Shown here: in pieces, positions 37,032-47,975 of the stretch | Position numbering within the stretch: the first letter of the stretch is position 1 | How the letters are laid out: each line of letters starts with the position of its first letter | The notes under the pieces: generated by a model | What the model was told of the DNA's origin: nothing | Database searches by the model: none | What the model saw: the letters and a program-made list of their open reading frames with translations, nothing else | DNA from: an uncultured Candidatus Saccharibacteria bacterium | GTDB taxonomy: Bacteria > Patescibacteriota > Doudnabacteria > UBA920 | Reading direction: 5' to 3' | Length of the DNA stretch: 64,000 nucleotides | NCBI GenBank assembly: GCA_964631145.1 | Contig: CAZVXT010000002.1 | Coordinates: 65,140 to 129,139 of the forward strand | Program-made: the position numbers and the translations under genes

Positions 37032-38165
37032 ATGATTTTAACCGTAGTAATATTTTTAGTAATCTTAAGCGTTTTAGTTTTTGTCCACGAGTTGGGGCAT
37101 TTTGTTGTGGCTAAAAAAAGTGGAATGAAGGTTGAGGAATTTGGTTTTGGATTCCCGCCGCGTGTATTTGGAATAGTAAAGCAAGACGGTAGATGGCAAA
37201 TTGTTTGGGGTAAAAAAGCTCCAATTACCGAAAATACAATATATTCTGTTAATGCTATCCCTTTAGGTGGCTTTGTTAAAATTTTGGGTGAAGACAATGC
37301 GGATGAACATGATCAAAGAAGTTTTGTAAACAAGCCATTTTGGCCAAGATTTGCTACATTAGTTGCTGGTGTAGTGATGAATGTTATTACCGCGTGGCTA
37401 ATTTTTGCTATAGGTTTTATGGTTGGATTACCGACCGCTATTAGTGATGTAAGCGATGTTCCAAGCAATGCTAGATTTACTAGGCAGTCAACTATAATTG
37501 CAGAAGTTTCTCCAGACAGTCCAGCAGATAAAGCTGGATTAAAAGCAAATGATATTTTTGAAAAAGTAGATGATCAATCTTTTGCTACAACAATCGAATT
37601 GCAAAGCTATCTTAAATCAAATGCTGGCAAAGAATATTCTTTCAAAGTAAAGCGCGGTGCGGAAGATTTGGATCTTAAGGTTCAGTCAGTTGCTAAGGAA
37701 GGTCAACCTGCAGTAGGTATAGGATTAGCAGAATATGGAACCATTAAATTTTCTACTTTTGCTGCAGTTATTCAATCGGTAAATACAGTATTTACTCAGA
37801 TTGGAGCTATATTTGGAGGTTTGTATAATCTCTTTACCACCACTACTGGATTAAAGAGTGTTGGCGGTCCTGTAAAGATTGCTCAGCTCACCGGACAGGT
37901 TGCTCAATTAGGCTTATTGCCTTTACTTCAATTTACAGCATTTTTATCCCTAAATTTAGCTGTTTTAAATATTTTACCAATTCCGGCTCTCGATGGTGGT
38001 CGCTTGATGTTTTTGATTATAGAAAAGCTTCGTGGCAAGCCAAATAATCAAAATTTAGAGCAATATGTTAATGCAATTGGATTTATGGTATTATTAGCTT
38101 TAATGTTGGTTATTTCTATTAGAGATGTATCTCAACTCCATTTTGTAAAGAATTTGTTTAATTAA
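37032..38165 (+). CDS. rseP: RIP metalloprotease RseP (site-2 protease, M50) with a PDZ domain
   Basis: HELGHFVVAK HExxH motif in TM1; LDG motif (ALDGGRL). Confidence 0.85.
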   Translation: MILTVVIFLVILSVLVFVHELGHFVVAKKSGMKVEEFGFGFPPRVFGIVKQDGRWQIVWGKKAPITENTIYSVNAIPLGGFVKILGEDNADEHDQRSFVNKPFWPRFATLVAGVVMNVITAWLIFAIGFMVGLPTAISDVSDVPSNARFTRQSTIIAEVSPDSPADKAGLKANDIFEKVDDQSFATTIELQSYLKSNAGKEYSFKVKRGAEDLDLKVQSVAKEGQPAVGIGLAEYGTIKFSTFAAVIQSVNTVFTQIGAIFGGLYNLFTTTTGLKSVGGPVKIAQLTGQVAQLGLLPLLQFTAFLSLNLAVLNILPIPALDGGRLMFLIIEKLRGKPNNQNLEQYVNAIGFMVLLALMLVISIRDVSQLHFVKNLFN

Positions 38166-38167
38166 TT

Positions 38168-39634
38168 ATGTCTAAGTCGTTTTCAAAAAAAGGTCTAACT
38201 CCAAAATCAGAAAACATATCAGATTGGTATCACGATTTGGTCGTTTTAGGAGATTTGGCTGATTATTCTGATGTAAAAGGAAGTATGATTATAAAGCCAA
38301 ATGGCTATGCTATTTGGGAAAAAGCTCAAGCTTACTTAGATAAGCAATTTAAAAGTGATTATTCTAGTCCGGTAGAAAATGTTTATTTTCCTTTATTTAT
38401 CCCAATGAGCTTACTTCAAAAAGAGAAAGAACATTTAGAAGGATTTTCCCCCGAGCTTGCGGTTGTTACTCATGCCGGCGGTGAAGAATTATCAGAACCT
38501 TTGGTGGTAAGACCAACTTCAGAAACTATAATGTATAAGACATTTGCAGATTGGATACATAGTTATAGAGATTTGCCTTTGAAGATCAACCAATGGTGTA
38601 ATGTAGTTCGATGGGAAAAAAGAACTAATCCTTTTTTGCGCACCTCCGAATTTTTGTGGCAAGAAGGTCATACTGCTCACGCAACCGCTGAAGAAGCTAA
38701 GAGAATGGCTGAACAGGCGCTTGGCTGGTATGCAGATTTCTATAAGAACATTTTTGCAATAGATCCTATTGTTGGTATTAAAAGTGCAAGCGAGCGTTTC
38801 GCTGGAGCTGATGAGACTTATACTATTGAGTTAGTTATGCCAGATGGTAAAGCTTTGCAAGCAGCAACATCACATAATTTAGGTCAAAATTTTTCTAAAG
38901 TTTTTGAAATCGAATTTTTAGATGCAGAAAACAATAAACAAAATCCTCATCAAACATCCTGGGGTCTTTCAACTCGTTCGATAGGGGGTTTGATTTTAAC
39001 TCATGGCGATGATTCTGGATTAGTTGTTCCGCCGCAGGCTGCGCCTATACAAGTTGTTTTGTTAGTTTTTCCTGAAAAGGATCAGACTAAAATGGATTTA
39101 TTATTAGAAAAGGCTAATGAGATAATTGTTAACTTAAGAAATCTTGGTATCTCTGCAAGATTAGATGTTAATATGTCTTCAAGTTTTGGTAGTAGAATTA
39201 ATCATTGGGAGTTACGTGGTGTTCCACTTAGATTAGAGCTTGGATCAAAAGAACTGGAGGCTAATCAAATTAAATACGTTCGTCGTGATAACTTCGAAAA
39301 GGATTTTACTGGTTTCGATGGCATAGAGACATTTATTGAAAATACGCTTAGCAATATTCAGCAAAACTTGTTCGACAAATCCGTAGAAACTAAAAATAAA
39401 TTAGTGCAGGATGTCACAAATTATGATGACTATAAAAACATTCTCTCTGGTGAAAGAACTTTAATGAGAGTGTTATGGTGTGAAAAGCCAGAGTGCGAAG
39501 CCAAGGTTAAGGAAGAAACTAAATCAGTAAGTCGTTGTTTGGAGTTAAGTAGATTAGATGAAAAATTAAACGGAGAATGTATTTTCTGTGGAGATAAAGC
39601 AAGTCGTAAATGGATTTTTGGACAAAGTTATTAG
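38168..39634 (+). CDS. proS: prolyl-tRNA synthetase, archaeal/eukaryotic-type
   Basis: Class II motifs; C-terminal zinc-binding domain ending CIFCG...GQSY with a terminal Tyr. Confidence 0.85.
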   Translation: MSKSFSKKGLTPKSENISDWYHDLVVLGDLADYSDVKGSMIIKPNGYAIWEKAQAYLDKQFKSDYSSPVENVYFPLFIPMSLLQKEKEHLEGFSPELAVVTHAGGEELSEPLVVRPTSETIMYKTFADWIHSYRDLPLKINQWCNVVRWEKRTNPFLRTSEFLWQEGHTAHATAEEAKRMAEQALGWYADFYKNIFAIDPIVGIKSASERFAGADETYTIELVMPDGKALQAATSHNLGQNFSKVFEIEFLDAENNKQNPHQTSWGLSTRSIGGLILTHGDDSGLVVPPQAAPIQVVLLVFPEKDQTKMDLLLEKANEIIVNLRNLGISARLDVNMSSSFGSRINHWELRGVPLRLELGSKELEANQIKYVRRDNFEKDFTGFDGIETFIENTLSNIQQNLFDKSVETKNKLVQDVTNYDDYKNILSGERTLMRVLWCEKPECEAKVKEETKSVSRCLELSRLDEKLNGECIFCGDKASRKWIFGQSY

Positions 39635-39650
39635 AAAGATTTAAATTATA

Positions 39651-40703
39651 ATGTTAGAACCGATTTTTAAAAGATTTTCTCAGGACCTTGGAATTGACCT
39701 TGGAACTGCAAATACCCTCGTCTATGTTAAAGGCAAGGGTATTGTTATCAATGAACCTTCTGTAGTTGCTATTAATCAAAGAACAAAACAAATCTTGGCA
39801 ATCGGTAGTGAAGCTCAAAGAATGGTCGGGCGTACTCCTGGGCATATCGTTGCTACTCGTCCGCTTGTAGACGGGGTTATTTCAGATTTTGAAATAACAG
39901 AAGCTATGCTTCGTTACTTTATTGATAAGGTCCATAATCAAACTTATAGCTTTTTGCGTCGTCCCCGAGTTGTGGTAGGTATACCAAGTGGTGTGACCGA
40001 GGTGGAGAAGCGTGCGGTTCAAGATGCTGCGGTTAACGCAGGTGCGCGTCAGGCATTTTTGATTGAAGAACCGATGGCAGCAAGTATTGGTGCGCGTTTA
40101 CCGGTTCAAGAAGCTCATGGTTCTATGATCGTTGACATTGGTGGGGGTACAACAGAGATCGCAGTAATTAGTTTGGGCGGGGTTGTTATTGCTAGAAGTT
40201 TGCGTATTGCAGGGGATGCCATGAACGAACAAATAGTTCAATATGTTAGAGATAATTTTGGATTGCTTATTGGTCTACGTACAGCAGAAGAATTAAAAAT
40301 TAAAATTGGTTCTGCAACTGTTTTACCAGAACAGTTAACAGGAAAAATGCGCGGACGAGATTTAGTTTCTGGGTTACCGAAAGAGATTACTGTTTCAGAT
40401 GCACATATTCGCGATGCATTATCTCCAGCTGTTAAAAATATTTTAAATAATGTTAAAGCTGTCATAGAAGAAATACCCCCAGAAATTATTGGCGATATTA
40501 TGAGCCGGGGAATAATGCTTGCTGGCGGTGGTGCATTGTTGCGTGGTTTGGATAGTTTGTTAGCAGAAGAAACAAAAATGCCAATTACAATTGCTGATGA
40601 TCCTTTAACTTGTGTAGCTCGTGGTGCAGGTATTGTAGTTGAAGATTTAGAAAACTTAAAAGAAGTATTGGCAGATACCGATTTTACAAAGTTTATCCGT
40701 TAG
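39651..40703 (+). CDS. mreB: rod shape-determining protein MreB
   Basis: Actin-fold motifs DLGTANT, VDIGGGTTE and LAGGGALLRG. Confidence 0.9.
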   Translation: MLEPIFKRFSQDLGIDLGTANTLVYVKGKGIVINEPSVVAINQRTKQILAIGSEAQRMVGRTPGHIVATRPLVDGVISDFEITEAMLRYFIDKVHNQTYSFLRRPRVVVGIPSGVTEVEKRAVQDAAVNAGARQAFLIEEPMAASIGARLPVQEAHGSMIVDIGGGTTEIAVISLGGVVIARSLRIAGDAMNEQIVQYVRDNFGLLIGLRTAEELKIKIGSATVLPEQLTGKMRGRDLVSGLPKEITVSDAHIRDALSPAVKNILNNVKAVIEEIPPEIIGDIMSRGIMLAGGGALLRGLDSLLAEETKMPITIADDPLTCVARGAGIVVEDLENLKEVLADTDFTKFIR

Positions 40704-40728
40704 TTTATTTTAAAAAATAATTTGTGCC

Positions 40729-41529
40729 ATGAAGTTTATTTATTCCAAAATTACTTATACGTTTATCGCACTATTAGTGGTAATAGTTGGTTTAATGATA
40801 CTTCAAACTAAAGGTTGGTTGGGTTCTATTGAATATGTTTTGCTACAAGCTCCAAGCCCTGTAGTGAAAAGTATTAACTGGTTAGTACGACCAATTATCA
40901 CTACTGCAGATACTTTAACTAGCTTGCCTTCAATAGTTAGAGAAAATCGACAGTTGCAAGATGAGCTAAGTGCTGCGAAACAAAAAATTGTTGACTTTGA
41001 TCAATTGCAAAAAGATAAAGATTTATTACAACAAGAGTTAAATTATAAAAGCAAAAGTCCCTATCAGTTAGTATCTTGTGGGGTCCTTGCTTTTGATACG
41101 CAAAATTTTAGTGACACTATAACCTTAAATTGTGGCTTTGAGCAAGGTTTGGAGGCTGGGCAAGCTGTGATGGCTGGTGGCTATTTAATTGCGCAAATAG
41201 TACATGTAGGAAATTCTACCAGCACAGCATTATTATTAACCAATGCTCAATCATCCGTTGATGCAAAACTTTCAAAAAATAATACTGAAGGTGTGGTAAA
41301 AGGTTCGTTTGGTTCTGGTATGATTTTTGATTTAGTCTCCCAGAGTGCGGATGTTGCTAACGGTGATTTGGTCGTTACTGCCGGAATAAATCCAAAAGTT
41401 CCAAAAAATTTATTAATCGGTGAAATTGGCTCTGGTCTTTCTGGTAGCAATGACTTGTTCAAAAAATTGACTATTGTTTCGCAAGTAAAACCTTATCAAA
41501 TTGATATGGTATTTGTAATAAAACAATGA
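40729..41529 (+). CDS. mreC: rod shape-determining protein MreC
   Basis: Position after mreB; N-terminal TM helix, coiled coil, beta-domain. Confidence 0.6.
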   Translation: MKFIYSKITYTFIALLVVIVGLMILQTKGWLGSIEYVLLQAPSPVVKSINWLVRPIITTADTLTSLPSIVRENRQLQDELSAAKQKIVDFDQLQKDKDLLQQELNYKSKSPYQLVSCGVLAFDTQNFSDTITLNCGFEQGLEAGQAVMAGGYLIAQIVHVGNSTSTALLLTNAQSSVDAKLSKNNTEGVVKGSFGSGMIFDLVSQSADVANGDLVVTAGINPKVPKNLLIGEIGSGLSGSNDLFKKLTIVSQVKPYQIDMVFVIKQ

Positions 41530-42053
41530 GAGCTTGGATTTTAACAATTTTAATAGTTGTGTCTGTTATTTTTACTCAAACTATTTTGCGTTTAATAGAT
41601 TTTAATGGATTTGTTCCCAATCTACTGTTATTATTTGTAGTATTTTTTGCGCAATCTAGCGATGACTTTGAATATTTAATTCTCGCTGCAGCAGGTGGCA
41701 TGTGGATAGAAGTATTAAGTGGTTTGCCAATTGGTGCGGTGTCTTTGGGTTTAGTTTTTTCAGCCACATTAGTATATTTATTTGTCCATAGATTTTTATT
41801 AAAGAATAGGGATTGGCGTTATTACTTTGTGTTTGTCGTATTTTCTATATTCTTTGGTCAGCTATGGCTTTGGATATATACTCAGGTTTTATCATACTTC
41901 CAGATTTATAAAGTTGTTGTTGATTTTGGAACAATTTGGCATATCTCATGGAAGATTGTTGTAATGAATTTGATCATTGCTGTCCCTGTATATTTTATTA
42001 GCGATTATTTTCTTGCCAGAATCCAAAATCGCAAATCAACATATTATTTTTAA
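41526..42053 (+). CDS. mreD: rod shape-determining protein MreD-like
   Basis: 4-bp overlap with mreC; polytopic membrane protein. Confidence 0.45.
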   Translation: MRAWILTILIVVSVIFTQTILRLIDFNGFVPNLLLLFVVFFAQSSDDFEYLILAAAGGMWIEVLSGLPIGAVSLGLVFSATLVYLFVHRFLLKNRDWRYYFVFVVFSIFFGQLWLWIYTQVLSYFQIYKVVVDFGTIWHISWKIVVMNLIIAVPVYFISDYFLARIQNRKSTYYF

Positions 42054-42065
42054 TTATATAGACTT

Positions 42066-44030
42066 ATGAGTAACAGTCTTGTTCCTAATCCCTTTTTGGA
42101 TTTAGGAGAAAAAAAAATATCTCAAAAAACTCATGGTTTGGAATGGGAAGAAGGCGCGGTTGATGGTAATAGCAGCGTGGAAGGTTTTGCAGAAGATCAC
42201 CATAGATCCACTAGTTTTAAGTGGCTTTTTGGATTGGTGAGCTTGTTATTTGTCATTATTTTGGGACAGTTGATTAACTTGCAGATTGTGCAAGGTGGTA
42301 AGTTTAGAGGAATGGCCGAGGGAAATAGGTTAAGACTTCAGGCTATACCAGCTCCTCGAGGTTTTATTATGGACAGAAATGGTGAGATTATTGCCAAAAA
42401 TCAACCTAGTTTTAACCTAGCTGTGGTGCCTTCCGATTTGCCCAAAGATACCAAAGATCAGATTATTAATAAGGCTGCTCTAATGTTTGGTTTTGACAGT
42501 AATGAAGTAAAGGATAAGTTACAGCAAAACAACAATGCATTGCTACAGCCTATGGTTGTCAAAAAGGGTTTAACTCAGCAAGAGACAATTATGTTTGAGG
42601 TGTCTTCAAAAGAATTGCCCGGGTTTCAAGTAATAAGCGTTCCTGTTAGAGATTATGTTGATACAGAAATATTTTCTCATGTCTTAGGTTATACATCAAC
42701 AATTTCTGATACAGAATATAATAATAAAATTGATCAAGGTTATGATATTAATGATTTGGTTGGTAAAACAGGAATTGAGCTAAGCTATGAAAAATATTTA
42801 CGCGGAGTTAATGGAAATACTCAAGTCGAGGTTGATGCTTCTGGCAAGCCTATTAAAGTTCTTGGGCAAGTCGATCCTAAACCGGGTAATATAGTAGAGT
42901 TAAATATAGATAAAGGTTTACAAGAGGTTTTGTATAATTCTTTTGCAAAACGCTCTAGTCCAAAAGGTGCGGCGATTGCATTAAATCCTAAGACTGGAGA
43001 AGTTTTGGCATTGGTGTCTGTGCCTGGATTTAATAATAATTTGTTTGCTACTGGAATTTCTTCATCAGATTATAAAAATTTATTAGATGATAAAAATTTA
43101 CCTTTATTTAATAGATCTATATCAGGAGTGTACCCCCCTGGGTCTACTATTAAACCTGTAGCAGCCGCTGCTGTGTTGCAAGATAAAATTGTTGATGCAC
43201 AGACAACCATATATGATGGAGGTGTGTTAAAAATTCCAAATCAGTTTAATCCCACAATATCATACAATTTTTATGGTTGGAAAAAAGACGGTCTTGGTCC
43301 AATGACCGTAACTTCGGCGATAGCACAAAGTAGTGATATATATTTTTATACTGTTGCCGGTGGACATCCTTCATCTCCGATAAAGGGTATTGGAGCAGAG
43401 AAGTTGGCAGATTATTATCGAGATTTTGGCATGGGAGCGACGACCGGTATTGATATCCAAGGTGAAAAATCTGGAACTGTGGCAGATCCAGATTGGAAGT
43501 TGGCTTATCATGATAATGATAAAATTTTAGGAAAATGGTATTTGGGAGATACTTATCATATCTCTATCGGGCAAGGTGACATGTTGGTAACACCATTGCA
43601 GGTTGCATTATGGACCTCAATTATTGCCAATAATGGGACTATTAATAAACCAACAATTTTAAAACGAGTTGTTGATCAGCAGGGTAAGGTGGTTTACCAG
43701 CCAAAATCAGAGGTATTATTAAAGGTTAATGTATCTCAAGAGAATTTAAAAGTTGTTCAAGAGGGTATGAGAGAGAATGTTATATCTAGTAAAGGTAGCG
43801 GTAGGGCATTGGATAGTTTGTCTGTAACTGCCGCAGGAAAAACTGGAACTTCTCAATTTGATGGTTCTGACCCTTCTAGGACTCATGCATGGTATACTGC
43901 CTATGCTCCTTATGAGGATCCAGAAATCGTTGTAACTGTATTAGTAGAAGCCGGGGGAGAAGGTCATGCGGCAGCGGTGCCAATTGTAAAAGAGGCAATT
44001 GCATGGTGGGCAGAAAAATATAAAAAATAA
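42066..44030 (+). CDS. mrdA: penicillin-binding protein 2 (transpeptidase)
   Basis: STIKP (SxxK), SxN and KTGT motifs; N-terminal TM helix. Confidence 0.85.
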   Translation: MSNSLVPNPFLDLGEKKISQKTHGLEWEEGAVDGNSSVEGFAEDHHRSTSFKWLFGLVSLLFVIILGQLINLQIVQGGKFRGMAEGNRLRLQAIPAPRGFIMDRNGEIIAKNQPSFNLAVVPSDLPKDTKDQIINKAALMFGFDSNEVKDKLQQNNNALLQPMVVKKGLTQQETIMFEVSSKELPGFQVISVPVRDYVDTEIFSHVLGYTSTISDTEYNNKIDQGYDINDLVGKTGIELSYEKYLRGVNGNTQVEVDASGKPIKVLGQVDPKPGNIVELNIDKGLQEVLYNSFAKRSSPKGAAIALNPKTGEVLALVSVPGFNNNLFATGISSSDYKNLLDDKNLPLFNRSISGVYPPGSTIKPVAAAAVLQDKIVDAQTTIYDGGVLKIPNQFNPTISYNFYGWKKDGLGPMTVTSAIAQSSDIYFYTVAGGHPSSPIKGIGAEKLADYYRDFGMGATTGIDIQGEKSGTVADPDWKLAYHDNDKILGKWYLGDTYHISIGQGDMLVTPLQVALWTSIIANNGTINKPTILKRVVDQQGKVVYQPKSEVLLKVNVSQENLKVVQEGMRENVISSKGSGRALDSLSVTAAGKTGTSQFDGSDPSRTHAWYTAYAPYEDPEIVVTVLVEAGGEGHAAAVPIVKEAIAWWAEKYKK

Positions 44031-44035
44031 TTATT

Positions 44036-44866
44036 ATGATTATAGACGGTAGAGAAATTTCTCAGCAAATTTTACAATCCATACAAGAGCGCATACAACA
44101 TTTATCTTTTAAGCCAGTATTGTGCGATATTATAGTTGGCGATGATAAAGTCTCAATGTCTTATGTAAAAATCAAGCAACGAGTTGCAGAAAAATGCGGG
44201 TTAGATTTTGTATTAGTTAATTTACCTCGCACATCAAATTTATCCGATGTAGTCGGTACAATTCATAAAGTTCAAGAAGATAAAAACTTGTGTGGGTTAA
44301 TAGTGCAGCTACCATTGCCAGAACATTTGAACACCAAAGAAATTTTAAATGCTATTGATCTAAAAGTAGATGTAGATTTATTATCTGAAAAATCTTCAGA
44401 ACAATTTTATGCTGGAAGTCATAATTTAATACCTCCGACAGCAGCAGCCATTTGGCATATTTTACAAGATTTAAAAATTGATTTGACTACTAAAAATATT
44501 TTGGTAATCGGGCAGGGGCAATTAGTTGGTATGCCTATAACTTATTTGCTCAAGTCTAATGGTTTTAATGTAAATATTGCCACAAAGGATACAGCTGATA
44601 TAAAAGCTTTAACCAAAAACGCTGATATTATTATTAGTGGTGCTGGTAAAGATAAATTATTGAGCGGTGATATGGTTAAGGATGGTGTAATTATTATTGA
44701 TGCAGGTACATCAGAAGTAGATGGTGGTATTGCGGGGGATGTGGATTTCCAATCGGTTGCACCTAAAGCGCAGTTTATTACCCCAGTTCCAGGAGGTGTT
44801 GGACCAGTTACTGTTGCTAAGTTGATAGAAAATGTAGCCACTGTGGCAGAAGAAATGGCTTTGTAG
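44036..44866 (+). CDS. folD: bifunctional methylenetetrahydrofolate dehydrogenase/cyclohydrolase
   Basis: FolD fold; GxGxxVG-like NAD(P) site (VIGQGQLVGMP); PGGVGP motif. Confidence 0.8.
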   Translation: MIIDGREISQQILQSIQERIQHLSFKPVLCDIIVGDDKVSMSYVKIKQRVAEKCGLDFVLVNLPRTSNLSDVVGTIHKVQEDKNLCGLIVQLPLPEHLNTKEILNAIDLKVDVDLLSEKSSEQFYAGSHNLIPPTAAAIWHILQDLKIDLTTKNILVIGQGQLVGMPITYLLKSNGFNVNIATKDTADIKALTKNADIIISGAGKDKLLSGDMVKDGVIIIDAGTSEVDGGIAGDVDFQSVAPKAQFITPVPGGVGPVTVAKLIENVATVAEEMAL

Positions 44867-44939
44867 TCCTTAGAGTTGACATGCTATTAAAACTTCTGTA
44901 TCATAAGACCAGTCTTTATATAAAAATTATCAAATTTCA

Positions 44940-45401
44940 ATGTCTAAAAAATATTTATTGACCCAAGAAGGGTTAATTAAACTAAACGAAGAATTAAAGC
45001 ATCTAATCAATGATAAGCGTAAGGAAGTAATCGAACGTATCAGAGAGGCTGCTGCTCACGGTGATTTATCTGAAAACGCTGACTATGCTCAGGCACGTGA
45101 AGAACAAAGCTTTATTGAAGGTCGTATCATGGAAATTGAAGACATGATCAAGAATGCAGAAATTATTACAGCTTCTACTCAAAGATCTAATGTGACTATT
45201 GGTTCTACTATAACTGTAAAAGTTGGGGGCGAAGAAAAAACATACTCGATTGTCGGTAGTAATGAAGCCAATCCTTTAGAAGGAAAAATTTCTAACGAAT
45301 CTTTGGTTGGACGAGCGTTGTTAGGAAAAAAAGCAGGGGATAAAGTAACTGTAACAACTCCAGCAGGCGATAAGGAATACGAAATAATTTCTATTAACTA
45401 A
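44940..45401 (+). CDS. greA: transcription elongation factor GreA
   Basis: N-terminal coiled coil containing the conserved acidic residues; C-terminal FKBP-like domain. Confidence 0.85.
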   Translation: MSKKYLLTQEGLIKLNEELKHLINDKRKEVIERIREAAAHGDLSENADYAQAREEQSFIEGRIMEIEDMIKNAEIITASTQRSNVTIGSTITVKVGGEEKTYSIVGSNEANPLEGKISNESLVGRALLGKKAGDKVTVTTPAGDKEYEIISIN

Positions 45402-45403
45402 AA

Positions 45404-45432
45404 TAAAAACGTAGTTAAGTGCTACGTTTTTA
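45404..45432. terminator. bidirectional terminator hairpin
   Basis: aaaacgtag ttaagtg ctacgttttt. Confidence 0.55.
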
Positions 45433-45868
45433 TTTTAGAATCATCTATAAGCAGTTTTTCAAGTTTATACTTGATTGCATAAATTTGGACTATGCTTTTG
45501 ATGCTTTGGTCATATAAATATATATCAGTGACATTGTTATAAACCGATTTTGTTGACATTAAAATATATGGTTTGATTATCTTAAGTTTAACAAGCAGTT
45601 TTTTGATAAAATTTAATTTGCTATTATCAATAATGCATAACTCTTGTCTTCGTTCAAATTGTCCAGCGTAATCTACACCCCAATAGTTTACCGGAGATAT
45701 TTCTGCATTTGGATAAGAATCCTTTATTTTATTTAAAATGTCAGTAAAGAAATTTGCGATTATAATATTTCTTTTTTCTTGTTCTTTTTCATATGATTCT
45801 TTCATAAAACCTCCTTTTAGTATCATGCTATCATATAGCTTTTTGGGATTAGTGTCAATAAAAAACAA
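45422..45868 (-). CDS. hypothetical protein
   Basis: ORF track. Confidence 0.35.
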   Translation of the reverse strand: MFFIDTNPKKLYDSMILKGGFMKESYEKEQEKRNIIIANFFTDILNKIKDSYPNAEISPVNYWGVDYAGQFERRQELCIIDNSKLNFIKKLLVKLKIIKPYILMSTKSVYNNVTDIYLYDQSIKSIVQIYAIKYKLEKLLIDDSKIKT

Positions 45869-45897
45869 GCGGACAAAATTTGTCCGCTTTTTTTAAA

Positions 45898-46377
45898 TTA
45901 CCTTTTAACTTTTTCTTTATTAGCACAATCTGTGCGAAAATAACTGCTTTGGAAATTGTCGCCAAGTCCTAGTTGAAAAAGAGTCTCGTCTTGCTCTTCT
46001 TCATCCGGCTTGCAATAAAAGCACTGGCTTGGATTACCACATTTATACTGATGTCGGTAATACCAGAATGTTTTAGTTATTATTTTGCTAGACGAATATA
46101 TGATCGCACCAAATAATATATAATACAAAGCATTGCTGATAAATTCTACTATTGATGCGTTTTCACTGGCAGTCAAAGCCAACAACAGAACTAGTGTAGT
46201 AAACGGTAATTGCATAAAAATAGCCCACCAAAACAAAAAATATTTTGGACCTAATCTTAAATAAGGAAAAAAATTTTCAAGCCTTTTATTTAAAGCAAGT
46301 TCGGTTTTGGTTTCCATGTATCCTTCAATTAATCCTTTGATCAAAATAGCTACCCAATACAATCCGAAATAATCCAT
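45898..46377 (-). CDS. hypothetical membrane protein with a C-terminal Cys cluster
   Basis: ORF track; TM helices. Confidence 0.35.
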   Translation of the reverse strand: MDYFGLYWVAILIKGLIEGYMETKTELALNKRLENFFPYLRLGPKYFLFWWAIFMQLPFTTLVLLLALTASENASIVEFISNALYYILFGAIIYSSSKIITKTFWYYRHQYKCGNPSQCFYCKPDEEEQDETLFQLGLGDNFQSSYFRTDCANKEKVKR

Positions 46378-46491
46378 AATATCTCCTCCTAAAATTTGTA
46401 ATTTGTTTTATAATACCGCTTTTATACTAATTTGTCAAACTATGACAAACTTTAGAAAATTGCTATAATAAATACAATTATTGTAATAAAA

Positions 46492-47952
46492 ATGAACGAA
46501 AGATTAGAAGATATTATAGGTCACCGCAAAAATAAACTGCAGAATATTTTAGCATCTGGTAAAGAGGCTTTTCCGTCCACTACTTCCAGAACGCATACTA
46601 ACAAGCAGGTGTTGGAAAATTTTGAAAGCATTGGCGATGATAAAGTAACTATCGTTGGACGTATTCGTAGTCAACGCGCTATGGGCAAGTTAGTATTTTT
46701 GCATATTGATGATGGTACTTCTCGTATTCAAGTTTTGATCAAAGAAGATAATGTAGGCAGTAATGCTTTTGCCTTTTTTATTGATAACTTTGATTTAGGC
46801 GATTTTGTAGAAGCAACAGGTGATTTATTTATTACAAAGACAGGTGAAAAAACTTTACAAGCAACAAGTTATAACATGCTTGCTAAGTCTTTAAGACCTC
46901 TCCCAAGTGAGCACTATGGTTTAGAGGATACTGAGATAAAATTACGTAAGCGTTATTTGGATATTTTGCTTGATAGCGAAACTAAAGAATTATTTGTAAA
47001 AAAAGCAAAGTTTTGGAGTAGTATGAGAAAGTTTTTGGAGGACAGAGGCTTTTTGGAAATGCAAATGCCAATACTCGAAAATACTCCCGGTGGTGCCGAA
47101 GCAGAACCTTTTGTTACTCATCATAATGCATTAGATAAAGATTTTTATTTACGCATATCATTAGAGTTGCCACTCAAAAAAATGCTGGTAGCAGGTTATG
47201 AAAAAGTTTTTGAAATTGGACGAATCTTCCGCAACGAAGGTATCTCTACCACTCACTTGCAAGATTACACTCAAATGGAATTTTATTGGGCATACGGAGA
47301 CTTCGAAGCTTTGCAAAAAATGTTGCAAAAAATGTATCAATATATTTTGCAAGAAACTTTTGGAAGTTTGCAAATTACATCAGGTGGTATTACCTGTGAT
47401 TGGAGTGGTGATTGGGATAAAGTGGATTATGTGTCTTTATTTAAGGAACATACAGGACTGGACCTAGAGGTTTGTAGTGATGATGATCTAAAAGAATATG
47501 CTAAATCTCAACATATTAAATTTGAAGATTTTGCACAACGTGGAAGATTAATAGATGTGATTTTCAAAAAAGTTAGAACTCATATAAAAGCAGACCGACC
47601 AGTATTTTTAATTAATCAGCCTATCGAGTTAGAACCTCTTGCAAAACGAGACCCTAAAAATCCAAAGATTGTACAAAGATTGCAAATTGTTGCTTATGGG
47701 ACAGAATTGGGAAAAGGCTTCGGAGAGCTTAATGATCCAATAGATCAACGCAGTCGTTTTGAAGATCAAGCAAAGTTACGAGAAGCAGGTGATAATGAAG
47801 CGCAAATGCTTGATGAAGACTATGTAGAAGCTATGGAGTATGGAATGCCTCCAGCCGCTGGTTTTGGTTTATCCGAAAGATTATTTGCTGTTTTGTCTGA
47901 CAGATCAGTACGCGAAACAGTGATTTTCCCTCCAATGAAAGATAATAACTAG
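46492..47952 (+). CDS. lysS: lysyl-tRNA synthetase, class II
   Basis: N-terminal OB fold; class II motifs (FRNEG, GxGxG[ID]R). Confidence 0.85.
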   Translation: MNERLEDIIGHRKNKLQNILASGKEAFPSTTSRTHTNKQVLENFESIGDDKVTIVGRIRSQRAMGKLVFLHIDDGTSRIQVLIKEDNVGSNAFAFFIDNFDLGDFVEATGDLFITKTGEKTLQATSYNMLAKSLRPLPSEHYGLEDTEIKLRKRYLDILLDSETKELFVKKAKFWSSMRKFLEDRGFLEMQMPILENTPGGAEAEPFVTHHNALDKDFYLRISLELPLKKMLVAGYEKVFEIGRIFRNEGISTTHLQDYTQMEFYWAYGDFEALQKMLQKMYQYILQETFGSLQITSGGITCDWSGDWDKVDYVSLFKEHTGLDLEVCSDDDLKEYAKSQHIKFEDFAQRGRLIDVIFKKVRTHIKADRPVFLINQPIELEPLAKRDPKNPKIVQRLQIVAYGTELGKGFGELNDPIDQRSRFEDQAKLREAGDNEAQMLDEDYVEAMEYGMPPAAGFGLSERLFAVLSDRSVRETVIFPPMKDNN

Positions 47953-47975
47953 TTTTAAAATTTTAATTTAAAAAT

